DNA from: Antedon mediterranea
Taxonomy: Eukaryota; Animalia; Echinodermata
Assembly (NCBI RefSeq): GCF_964355755.1
Contig: NC_092676.1
Span: forward strand, 19,610,871 to 19,674,870
Direction of reading: 5' to 3'
Length of the DNA: 64,000 nucleotides
Shown here: positions 1-12,081 of the stretch, piece after piece
Layout of the letters: each line of letters opens with the position of its first letter
Position numbering within the stretch: position 1 is the stretch's first letter
The notes under the pieces: model-generated
Databases searched by the model: none
Told to the model about the DNA's origin: nothing
What the model saw: only the letters and a program-made list of their open reading frames with translations
Made by a program: the position numbers and the translations under genes

Positions 1-1841
1 TAGGTAGGCTATCTATCTGTCTGCACTTTTATTTTTAATGAAGTTTATATTGTTTACAGTTGAATCATTTTGTGTATTCAAGTAGTATGTCAATTTATGC
101 TAGCTTCTTCTATAAATTATGTAATATATATATATATATATTATTAATAATAATATATTATATATGTAAATAGTTTTAAAAAGTCTCCGAAATTGTGGGT
201 TGGGGGTACATTAAACTTTAACAATTTGTTTATTTGGCATTCAATTAAATAAATACTCGATGGAAAAACAATACACAATGAAAAAGTCCTCTTAATCATA
301 TACACCAAATGTTTTTCATAAAGTATATAAAAATGAATATTTTATGAAAAAGCTAAAAAAAAAACATTTTTGTTAGATAAATATTACAACCTGTATTGTT
401 ACAAACATGTGAATTTATAATAAAAAAAAAAAGGGTAGGTTTCAAATTATTTTTAAAAAGCGGGATTATGAGAGATTATGTTTCATTAAAAAGACAGACA
501 TATGTAGTCTGTCCATGGAATAATAATAATTACTCCATGGTCTTACTGGGTGTCTCTGGTAACACCATATTCAATAGTAAACAATAGACAATTGAGGGTT
601 AGACACATATTCAAATGCAGTTCAAGGAAACATGGATTGAATTGAATCCTAGAGAGAAAAAAAACATAATTTTGCTTTTTTCCAAATAAGGTTGTTTTAA
701 CGCTTTTCTCTCTGTCCGACCTTGTCTGGTATCTGTCACTAACATTGCGTCTGTCGGGAATTTAATTTCGTTTAATCTTTTCAATCACTTCATCTTCCTA
801 AAGTCTTTTATTCTATGATCCCTTTGTTTCAGTATTTTAACTTTCACTTTGTATGATTTATAATATAGTCACATATTGACTATACTTCACATTTATTTAA
901 ATAGATATATTTTTATTGTCTGAATCAAAATTTAAAATCTTTTTCACTTAAAGTTAAATAATAATTTAAAAACTTTCATTTGTGGCCCTTTAATATATTA
1001 CCTTGAACTATGGTGTTAGTATAAGTATAGGTTGTACTAAGGTAATTAAATTATTGTATATGTATTTGAAAGTCATCAATATGTATAGGCAAACTATTTT
1101 GACCTTTTGCTGGTGTCCTGACCTCAGTAATTGAGTGACCAATTAAATGTTTTACCTTGTGTGTTATTAAGCCACTGTGGCCTTTTTTTCTCTTGTAGAA
1201 CAAGGTTTTGGACTTGGCTCAAAACCCTTGATGACTGATGTGATTTTAAATGCTATACTATCCATGCTGTGGATAGACTACAACTTTTCATGAATATTCA
1301 TATAAATGGGAGGAGTTATCACATTGCTATGGGTCTATCTGAGACATTGATTTCAATAATTTAATTATTTTACTTTATATTTCAGATATGAACGAGTAAT
1401 TATGTAAATATTTACAGTTTTGCTGTGATAATATTCATAAATCATAATTGATTTTTTCATTTTTAAATTATAAATTTATATTCATAAAAGAAATAATATA
1501 TGTTTATAAATATTTATTATGAAAACATTTTATTTTGATACAATATAATTAATTATAGCAATGTACTACGTACGTATTATTATAACAAAGACACATGAGG
1601 GATTTTTGTACCATTTATAGTATTAACGTTGAACTTCCGTGTTTTAATCATACGAATAATATGACTGTAGTTAAACAATTCAATTCTTTGAAAATTTAGT
1701 ATGTTGAAGGCTTCTTACTTTTTAGGGGAATTTTGTCTTTAGTCATGTATTATGCAAAAGACCTGTCAATCTTCATAGTCACCGCCTACCCATGCTAGTC
1801 AGCCAACAAGAATGCCTTTTGTAATCAACTTCCTCTGCTTA

Positions 1842-1911
1842 ATTTGCATAATATATTCAAGGTCGTCTGCTCTATGAGGTCATGCATGTCACCTAGTGCT
1901 AGCTTATAAAA
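1842..1911 (+). promoter_or_regulatory. Candidate TATA promoter with octamer, NR5A/ERR site and nuclear-receptor half-site
   Basis: ATTTGCAT at 1842-1849, TCAAGGTCG at 1857-1865, TGAGGTCA at 1875-1882 and TATAAAA at 1905-1911, all within 70 bp and about 370 bp upstream of the ATG at 2285. Confidence 0.55.
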
Positions 1912-2284
1912 CTGCGGATGATAAGGTTTGACTACAAAGTAGCAAGGACGCATTGGTTATTGAACAGTGTGTAGTGTGCTCTCTCATAGATATCATCATT
2001 ATACCGGTGAACATAGATGACAGTTGATTGCAATAGGAGTCGTTGGCCTTTTAACACAATCAATACATATTGAGGGAGCTCTAGGCACACACTATCTTCT
2101 GAAGGCAAATAGGAAAAACCTAATAGGCATTTTATACATTGGTGGATCTTGACACTTTTGGAAAATCTTTCTGCAAATTATAATTGGTGGTGAACCTTGA
2201 TTTGTTGTGGAGGAGTTTGTTCGTAAGAGCAATTATTTTGTGAGTGGTCTTTTCAGGTCCACGGAGAACATTTAAAATAGCAGA

Positions 2285-2575
2285 ATGTCTGCAGCTACAG
2301 CCGAAAAGGGGCCTATTCACATGTCTGTGGTACAGTTTCACAGATCGTCTAAGTTAGAAAAACAACTAAGAGCGACGGAAATTTACAAAATTCATGGAAC
2401 ATGTCAATGTCCAAAAATCGACTCTAAAAGTACAATTCTGTACCGATTACTAACAGACACTTATTTTAACTCAAACTCTTGTTGTCGGAGCGGTTGTGGA
2501 TTTTGCTCATCCGCCGCAGAGAGTAAATTAAAACTTTTACTAGAAGAGTCAAAGAAACATCACCTTTTGCAATAA
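2285..2575 (+). CDS. 96-aa Cys/LxxLL-containing ORF resembling the N-terminus and NR boxes of NR0B (SHP/DAX1)
   Basis: True ATG with A at -3. GTCQCPKIDSKSTILYRLLT resembles SHP GACPCQGAASRPAILYALLS, and SKLKLLLEES resembles SHP SILKKILLEEP (recalled sequences). Ends at TAA 2573-2575 and is followed by a candidate donor CAA|GTAGGT at 2614. Confidence 0.55.
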   Translation: MSAATAEKGPIHMSVVQFHRSSKLEKQLRATEIYKIHGTCQCPKIDSKSTILYRLLTDTYFNSNSCCRSGCGFCSSAAESKLKLLLEESKKHHLLQ

Positions 2576-4809
2576 TTTATGGTACTTTCTTTTTAAAGCA
2601 GTCACTATGTCAAGTAGGTATAATAAATTATACATTTTTTTTTTATTCATTCATACAACCAAAATTAGAACATGGCGTTTTCTGTTTCTCACTTTAAGCC
2701 CATGACGTGTCACACTCGCTTTCCAGAGGCAAACATTATAAAACTATTTCTTAATTTGTAGGTACAGATACAGATCTTAAATGAGCTTGTAGTTTCCATA
2801 GCTAAAGCTTCTGTTCACTATTCCTCTACTTTAAATATCATTTTCTATTCCTATTTTGTTTGTTACAATTTTTATTTAGCAATTTCCTATAACATTTTGT
2901 ACATTAATTTTTTTGTGGACAATACAGCAGATTGTGAATGTTTTAGTTTAAGAAAAAAAACCGTTATTATTATATCCCTGACTTTGGTAATTAAATACTG
3001 TATTAACAACAATTATGAAACTCAATTTAAATTGCAAATTTCAAATCTCGCCTTCTTTTACATCATCAACAGAAACCTGTTGATTTTGATATTTTCCCAT
3101 TGATATTGTGATTGGAAAGTTCAGAAATAACATGAAAGAAAATTGTCTACAACAAGATTTAATGAATCAAAATATATGGCTTTGTTTAACAGTGAATGCT
3201 AGTTACACATACTATTAAATATACAATATGAACCATTAAATTTAATACTATAAATGCATATAAATATTTATGATCTGATGTATACCGTATTATTAATTTA
3301 TTTATTATTAAGATGTAAATTTTAGAAAACCATCTTATAAATCTGGCAGGATTCCACTGTAATACGTGACTGACTTTGCATAGACACTCTTTTATATAAC
3401 AGTAACACTTACTGTAGCTGTATAACGATATCTATTGTATATATGATTGTACAAATAAATACATTCTATTGTAAGTTATTCTCTAGAATATATACTGCAC
3501 TGTAATCCTGCCATTATCAGTACAATTAAAGTATTTAAAGAGATTTCCCATAAATAGATATCTCACTTATTCAATCCACAATAGTGGATTATATTATGGT
3601 GCTAATTCCTGGACAATACTTCAGTTTTGTTCCTGATTCCGGTTGGAAATTACTACAGACAAAGGCTCCAGCCTTCATCTGTGGAAGAATAGGAAGGGTG
3701 AATGTCCTCGCTAAAGCAGGGTCATAGCCCTATAGGCGGTAGCAGTAGGATCCAGATTCCCTAGCCTACAAAGCTCAATGTCACACCTCATTGACCAAGT
3801 TATTGTGCATTGGATAGCACGCTTTTAAATTAACTCGTCGCTTTCATTAATTAATGTTATAAAAATTGTTACTGTGTAATTTTCACTAAGCATCAATCCT
3901 GCAATTTTGTGTTGTATCTAGATGCGAGAATTTGAAAAAAAGTGCGGTTATGTAAAACAAGTTTTGCAAATTTATTTTCAAATATTAACGTATTTAGTTT
4001 AGATATCCGTGATGCGTTAATAAATTGTGTGGCCTTCATCATAAGAAATGCTGATCGATTTGTGCTGTATGTATAACGCCCGTTAATAACAAGGGCCTTG
4101 AACCAAACTCATTTAATGGCAGCAAGAATTAGTTTTCGCTTTTATGATTCTGTCAGCATAGTGATGGCAAGTTAATGTTGTTTTTACACGGCCTTGGTTA
4201 AATTACAGTCGGCCTTCAATTTGCTTTGTTGGGGGAAAATTGTTTGACAAAAATTTTGAATAAGAAGTTCAGTGATTGGATAAATTTTGTATATAGTACT
4301 AGTTATATAACTACTATTAATAACTAATGATGATGTTTTTAAATCAAGTTGATTTCATTTTTATTTCATCATCATATACCTGTATATATAATTATATCGA
4401 TTTAGAGTGAAAGGTGTAAATATTATTGTTTACTTAAAATAAATGATAGCTCAGTATCAATTTCAACTTTGAAATAGATTTGAATTTTATTTTCAGTATG
4501 ACAAATAGTGTATGGAAAAGTTTATATAACATAAAAATGATTGCAACTTTACAGTATCTGTTTCGGGGTACACACACTAAATACTTCATTAATGGTTTTT
4601 GTACACTATACTATTTCACTCACTACCATAAATGGTTTTTGTTTCAGCAACAATATTTCCACATGTCTATTTGCAGCACTCACTTGCAATTTCTAATACT
4701 AAAGTTATTGTTATCTTGTATATTCGATATACAGTTACTTTGTTATAAAATTACAATAATTATTTGGTATCTTTAACTAACCAATAAATGTATTACTTTT
4801 GTCTTATAG

Positions 4810-5048
4810 ATGTACCAGGCTTGGAAAATCCCCTGTTGGTTGAAAGATTGCAAAGCAGTGTTCAGCTTCATCTGAATGAATATGTAGCTGCCAAACATCC
4901 ATATGATCAGCTTCGCTTTGCAAGAATCCTCCTTAGTCTGCCACCGCTACGAAACATAAAAGCTCAAGTAGTTACGCAGTTGTTCTTCCGTGACATGATA
5001 GGCAACGTTGCTATGGAGGACTTGTTATCACAGATGTTACAAGGGTAG
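4810..5048 (+). CDS. NR0B: Terminal coding exon of an NR0B (DAX1/SHP)-like orphan nuclear receptor, LBD helices 9-12
   Basis: Acceptor ttatag at 4804-4809, phase 1. Encodes (D)VPGLENPLLVERLQ...RFARILLSLPPLR...QLFFRDMIGNVAMEDLLSQMLQG*. DVPGL, LFFRxxIG and the helix-12 pattern match NR0B best, and the intron lies at the FNP|DVPGL position of vertebrate NR0B genes. NR2E/NR2F identity is not fully excluded. Confidence 0.8.
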
Positions 5049-5298
5049 AAGAATATCAGCAGCATCAATTATCTGATGATGTTAACAGTCACTCTTTACT
5101 AGTTATCAGAACTTGTTGCAGATATTATATGAGTAAAAGATGGATACGATGTCTTCACGCTTTACTGGTGATCAGCATCAACAATCAGGTCACTCTTTAC
5201 TTGTTATCTTTCTTTTGCTGATGCTACAACATTAGAAGATGGAAGTGATGACTTTACTGGTGATTAACATCAACTATCTGGTGATGTCAACTGAGTAG

Positions 5299-5372
5299 AC
5301 ACATGGTCTTTGTGTCAACCAACCAAATACGAAGCCTTGATCTCTTGCTTGGTTGGCATAAAGACAATGTGT
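5299..5372 (+). other. Stem-loop in the presumed NR0B 3' UTR
   Basis: Arms 5299-5326 and 5345-5372 form a 28-bp stem with 2 G:U pairs and 2 mismatches around an 18-nt loop. Confidence 0.6.
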
Positions 5373-6171
5373 AATGTTTTATTACAGTCATTGATTTGTT
5401 TAAAATCTACATTGTTTAAATTATTTTATAATGTGTTATGTATGTTAAAAAATCTTGACTTGTTCTTAACTGAGAAATAATCCAATGGTGGATTCTCTTG
5501 TCCTGGTATTTTAACAGAAAAGGAAAATACTTTCCAACTTTAGGATTAATATTTATAAATGTACAAAGAAAGAATTGCTTGATTTACCTTTAACACCCTC
5601 CTTTGAGGATGCAAACAAAATTAAATAAAACAAATCTTGTGTTAAACCATTAAACAAGAGAAAAATTTTAGGTAAAAAAATCAGTTTTAATATTGATCGT
5701 TACTTTCTTGTTTTTGTACATAGCTATTACAAGATGAGTTCGAGTTGTATAAAAATAAAGTAAATATTTAATTGTTTGTTTATTTTATTTGTCTCTTATT
5801 GTTTTCTCTGCAGTAGAATTAAATTTGGAAAAATAGAAAACTGCATGAGATTTTTTAAGTCAAGCACCTTTGTTGAATGTTTACGTATAATTTGCTCCAA
5901 GAGAATTTTGCATGCTTTTTTAGAGTTTATTGTGTGATTTTGGGATATTCTAAGAGAGTAACATTTTATTATACATTTCCAATTAGTTCTGTGTTAATTT
6001 ATTATTATATAAAATGGGAAAATACAAATTGGTATCTGAAATGGATAACAAAGGTGAATAATAATACATCTATTTTTTGACTTGGAACACTTTGCAGATA
6101 TTGGCTTACTTAACTTGCTAAAGATTACAAGGGTTTATTTCGCATTAAAATTATGTATGTGAATAATATAA

Positions 6172-6176
<5 letters not shown>

Positions 6177-6209
<33 letters not shown>
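6177..6209. repeat. (TA)n microsatellite
   Basis: Perfect TA run; shorter or similar runs at about 125-141 and 13929-13956. Confidence 0.95.
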
Positions 6210-6212
<3 letters not shown>

Positions 6213-9200
6213 GTATAACAACAAAACCAGAACTATTATTTTATACCCAATGTGATCTGACCCAAAAAATACATGTATTTTTAATCAATGAAAGGGGTTA
6301 CAATTTAAATCTTAATATTAAAGCTAGTAGATAAATATGATATTGTATTACTGTATTTAATTTATTATTTGTATAGAAGTGTTTGTTCTTCTACTGACTA
6401 TATTGTTGTGGAATAAACTTCACCAGCACTGAAATATGTAAAACCTACTGAAATACGTATGATGGATAAAAGTTTTTAAGCTAGAATTATTTGAAAAATG
6501 TCACAATAAATGTCGATTAAAAAAGCAATTTTGTTGAAGACCTATAACTATGCTTACGTACTTCAGGTGTAAGGTAGTCTTACATTGTCGTCTAGCAGAA
6601 AAACTCATTAATAATAAATAAAAATGTCATAATTATATGTTTATTCACTTCCAAACAATTTAATACTTGCAAATTAACATTTTAAAAATATTACAGATCT
6701 TAATTTGATCGATACACAAATTTTTGTGAATCAACCAATCGTTTGATATATACAATTCTAATTTTATTTTTCTGAATTTAGACAAAATTGTGAATTTGTA
6801 ACCATATCAAAATCAATTTAAAAGGTTACTGCTAAACTAAGCAATCTGTGAATAATTTGGTGGAGGTGAAACAAACTTTTGATATTGTTTGTTCACAAAC
6901 CAATATTTTCAATGCCAACAAGCTCTAAAATTAGCCAAAATCAATTGTAATTAATCCACTGAGCCCTAGTTTGTTTATTTGCCTTTGACTTACAAATTGC
7001 AGTCATTAAAAAATGAAACTATAGGATTGTAGCCGAAATACGGTAATCATTTTAGTGTCCATTGTAAAATCCATACAGTTGGCTTAAAAGTGCTTAATAA
7101 AAAACTGGTTTTACCTGATTTGTATCGATTACTATAATAAATTCACCTTTAAATATTATTCCATCATTCCACTACAATTGTTTCTTAACTGTTTAAACGT
7201 TGCTTTACTAAATTTAAACTCATCTGAAATCACAAGTGACAGAAAACCTTTGGTAAAAGGGCAATTTCTGGAAAACAATCCAGTACAGTTGAAATATTTA
7301 AAAAAAGAATTTTGTCTGAATGGTATTCAGCATAATTAAATTGTGTAAATCTTTTGAGTGCTTAATAAAGGTAAACTAAGGTTTAGAACATTATCAATGT
7401 GTAATTACAAATACAAAGTAATATTCAGAAACACTTTCAAAGAATACATGTATCCTGATCATAATGTAACATTTATTTTTTAATCTTTCAAATCGTTTTA
7501 TTAAGTGAATCCCTTTATAATTTATTTTTAAAGTACTCTTTTAAACTTAAAGACTTTTCGTTACAATCAAGAAATGACCGTGCATAATAACAATCATAAT
7601 CTATTGATTGACAAATTATGCGAAAACGAAGAGTGTTTTTAGTGTGAATGTCGACTGAATTCAATCTAAGATTCATTTTAATCGATTTTGATCTGTTTGA
7701 CGAATGTTATTATTTTTTTAAAGTCTTTAAGTTTAAATGAGTACTCTATTGCTATTGACAGCTGTTCTGTTTTTGTTGTGTGTGTTATATTTATATTAAG
7801 CAAAACTAGCTTGGTGTGTCGTTTTATTTCTGTGCAGTTAATTTAATCCGTAGGTATACCCGTCTTGTTTATTGTGTTACTATACTTTGAGAGTTGTGAA
7901 ATGCGTAGGCGAACTGTAAAAAAAGTTGTATAAAGTATTGGCTGGCCCAGATCAAGATTTGGGTGATTTATTCTGTGCATTATATAATATAGAAAAATTG
8001 AGAATCTTATTTCGTGAGTAAATGAGATGAGAGAAAAAATACATATTAAAGTTGTATAGAACATCTTTTATTTGAGAGAAATAAACAAATCATAGACACA
8101 AAAGTGTACTTGTTCTAGAAATTTATTTTCAAAGTTTGCGTCAAAGGTGATGTTGATGATTCGTAACGTACTGTACTACAATAACGACTGACTTGGACGT
8201 TGTCAAAATCACCGGGCGATTTATTTTGTTGCACTATTTAATAATGGAACGATCCATTTGATGATCTACCATAAGTAGAATGAAACTAGAAAACTCAGAT
8301 CTTGTTATCCGATTTCTAGATATTCTAGAGACACTTTTGTTCCCGGAAGTTGTCCTCTAATAGTGGTTCTACTGTATTATGTAATATTAACGCATAGTAC
8401 AAATATATATTTTGGTTTACCAGATCTTGGTTTCACCAGAATAGACTAGACTGATTACCGGTTACAGTAAGTCTAGGCCTACATCAATCGAATATAAACC
8501 ATTCTTCTTAATAATAGACCAATAGATATATAGATACAGCACCCTAATCAGATCAATTAAGTATCTCATCCATGAGACAGAAAATGATCCATAAAAATCA
8601 TAATTGCGGTTCTGGGTAATGACAATTTACATCACTAAACATCATACACGGTTCACTCATGGAGGTATCTCAATGGTCCACTGCAACACATGCGGTCTCC
8701 GTAGAAACATTATATTTAACATTACTCTAACAGTGGACAGTAACATGATTAATCAATGTACGGTAACACCAAGAGGTCCACGAAACTGTATACCAACAAA
8801 TACATGGCCATAGGTTCGTGTATTATTAAATAATACACGAACATATGATGTGACAACGGTCACGCGACGTCACACGACACGTCACTTGCCGTTAATGTCC
8901 AACGCTACACCTAACCACGTGTTTCATAATGGCATCATGCCAGTGTGTAATCAAAATAGGAACACTATAAAAGACAAGGCTAAAAACGTTTAATCAGTTT
9001 CTATAATTTAATAATTAGCATTGAGCATGCCATTAAATCAAAATATGATGTGAATCTACAGATACGCTTACAGTAGTATTTAAAATTATTTAACAATCGT
9101 TGTATTGCCAAACCAGTGTTATTTTATTCCTGAAATAATTTTCTAGTTAATCGACCACCTGTACGAATATTTCCTTACATCATTTGCATAATATGCTTGT

Positions 9201-11674
9201 ACGCTTTTCTTAAATCATTTGCATAATTAGCACACTTGAGTGCATTCCTGGCGTAACTTCACACGTAACCAATTCCTTCCCAGTACGGTACATTACGGTA
9301 CACATTCTCTTGAAAGATTGTGGAAAAATAAAAGTATAACCATGGTAGGCCTATAACCATCTTTTGCTGCTTCACATAGATTCGTTAGCAACGTATTGCA
9401 CCAGGTAACAGCCTACATCTTTTGTTTACAAAGATAATTCGATGTTACTTAATGAAATGTACTACCGGTAACTTTGTCAATGTTGTCATCGGAGCTTATG
9501 GTAAGTTAATATTATACTAACGTAGGACACGTACATTGTGTAGGTGAAGGTCGGCGTAAAGTAACTTAATGTTCCTTGCATTATGCTTTTACCAATATGT
9601 GTTATTGTTTTGTAAATATTAAGCTACCGTATCACCCATGCCAAGTATATTTTTTGAGATCCAGTTATATTTTCAAGATTGGTTAACTTAAATAAACTTC
9701 CTGCATGTTTTCCTATTTTATTTTGTTTTTATTATTACAAGCTACGCGATTTTACGCTTACGTGGCTCGTCTGTGTTAATTGGCATTTAGGCCTACCGTT
9801 AATGGCAACAAAGACATGTGAATACGATCGGACTACCAATTTCAGAAATCAGATTATTACAATTATCATTGGGAAATATACAAGATACAGTGGCAGCAGC
9901 AGATGAGAAGTTATTCCAAAATGATCTTGATTTTCCTCTACCATGTCATTTCTGAAAAGATACCATGTAAGAACAAAATACACCATAGTAGTATCTTTTT
10001 AATAAACTGAATTAACTTTGGTAAAAGTTATTTGTAAAGTTAAAAGTTATTTGGAGAAAGTGAAAATGACGAATTGCGAATGACTGCTCCAAAAGTAGTG
10101 TTATACTGTACTATTTAAAATTAAAACTACAAATACCAATTTTATATATCGGTTAAGTCTTTAAAGTTTTTAATTAATACTACAGTAGGCCTAACCATGA
10201 AATAATAGAATATAGTATTCGGAGGCCCTTAGCTTTTCCTTGACAGCGTTGCATCATTGGTCTGTATCTGCTAACAATCCTTCTGCTAGAGTTGAGTCCC
10301 TAAACCTCTCTCCAATTCTATCCTCTGTCCGTTTCAATTTCCACCATTCTCATTTATTCCTAATGTCTAAATAGAATTTTAACAATAGTTGTACTATTTG
10401 ATGCATTTGTAATAATTGTTGTAATTAATGAAAATATAAAATGTATAAATAAATATTATTTATGTATTATACTGAATACTGTTATGCTTTATTTGTCCAT
10501 TACCATAAAAAAAATAACAATAGAAATTCTTCTTAAACATTAGCAAATGTTAGTACAATAAAACAGATAAATATAGATATAAACAAAAATTTATGCACAC
10601 ACATTATCGCACAAAAGTTTTAAAATGTGGTTAAATACCATAAAAATGTATAAAACGCTTAAAAAGGAAACATTGATAAAAAGTTTCATTTATATACCGG
10701 CAGTCTTAGTTACAATACAGTAATTATTAATGGTGACGTGAATTAATAGTAATAATAATTATTGATGGCAGTTACTTAATTATTATAATTATTTTAGATA
10801 TTTCAGTAACTTCGACACATGTTCAGGTTTATGATCCTCACCTCTGTAAAATCATTGTTATTGTTATATTTTGGTCATTTCAAAAAGGAAAATACATATA
10901 GAGTTTGAGAAAATGATGAATATTAAATGAGCATATTGGTTTTTTTCTTTTCATTGCCGGCGTGTTGACAAAGTTATCACATAAACAATCTGGCTGACAA
11001 ATTCCATTTATAGAGACAAAAAACATTTATGTAATGTTCTATTTATTTTCTCTATTATTACTAATGATACATACAAATGCACATCGGAACATTATGCATT
11101 AATCCGAAGCTGAACAACGAGGCCGGGTCGCAGTATGGCCTTGCTGTGGCCTATATAATGTATTTATTCATAATGATAACATTTATTATGCAAGGCATAT
11201 GGAAAGTTGGGATAGGCGCAGATTAAACCCACTTGCGGTTAGCGTATGATGGTGCTATACAAAGAAATAACACAGTTTAATTTATTCCGTTTTCTATATA
11301 AAAAATAACCTTGTCTTTACATAAGTAACCTTGAAAATAGGTGACCCGCTTCTTATATTGTTCCATAACCCATTGGTTTTATAGCATGAATGTGATTTAT
11401 CAGTCATGAATGCTCTAGCGTTGATAGGACGCGCGCGTACCCTTTAGGCATGCTCAGTTGAATGATGAACCGATCGTAATTTTAATGTAACAAGACAAAT
11501 GCGACAGTTGGATGTTTATAAAAAGTTACAGCTTTTGGATCTCGATGAAGCTTTTATTGTTAGACATAAGGTCAATCTGGATTGATATAAGAGAAACATT
11601 AATAAAAATATCATTATTTACTTATGAATGACAGTACCTTAATAAAGTATACAAATCCTCGCTTAGGCTACATT

Positions 11675-12081
11675 CTGTCGTTGCTGTTGTTTGTGTTGTT
11701 TTTGTTGCTGCAGTTGTAGCTGCTGTTGTTGCTGGTGTTTTTGGTTGCTGTTGGTGTTGTGGTTGCTGTTGCTTTGTGGCTGCTTCTGTTATTGCTGCTG
11801 CTGTTTTGTTGCTGTTGCTAGTGTTGCTGTTGCTGTTATTATTGCTACCGTTGTTGTTGTTGAATGCTGCTGCTTCTGCTGTTGTTCCTGATGCTGCTGT
11901 TATTGTTTCTGCTGCTGCTGTTTTCCTTCTGCTGCTGTTGCTGTTGCTGTTTATGCTATTGTTGCTGCTGCTGCCGCTGCTGTTGTTTTTGCTGATGTTG
12001 CTGCTACGCTTGTTATGGCTGATGCTGATGCTGATGCTGCTGTTATTGTTGATATAATTGTTGATGTTGATGTTGCTGATA
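11675..12081. repeat. Compound trinucleotide microsatellite (GCT/GTT/GAT)n
   Basis: About 400 bp of degenerate TGC/TGT/TGA triplets; this explains the overlapping low-complexity ORFs. Confidence 0.95.

Noticed and set aside
1199-1310. Good acceptor followed by KPLMTDV...LSMLW and out-of-frame EYSY, faintly like NR0B helix 7-8
   Set aside because: In-frame stop, no LFNP or donor, and the similarity is too weak.
3530-3580. YLK and LFNP words resembling LBD helix 8
   Set aside because: Different frames, flanking stops and no GT donor.
9394-9416. TATTGCAC miR-92-like seed
   Set aside because: The rest of the sequence does not match miR-92 and there is no complementary arm.
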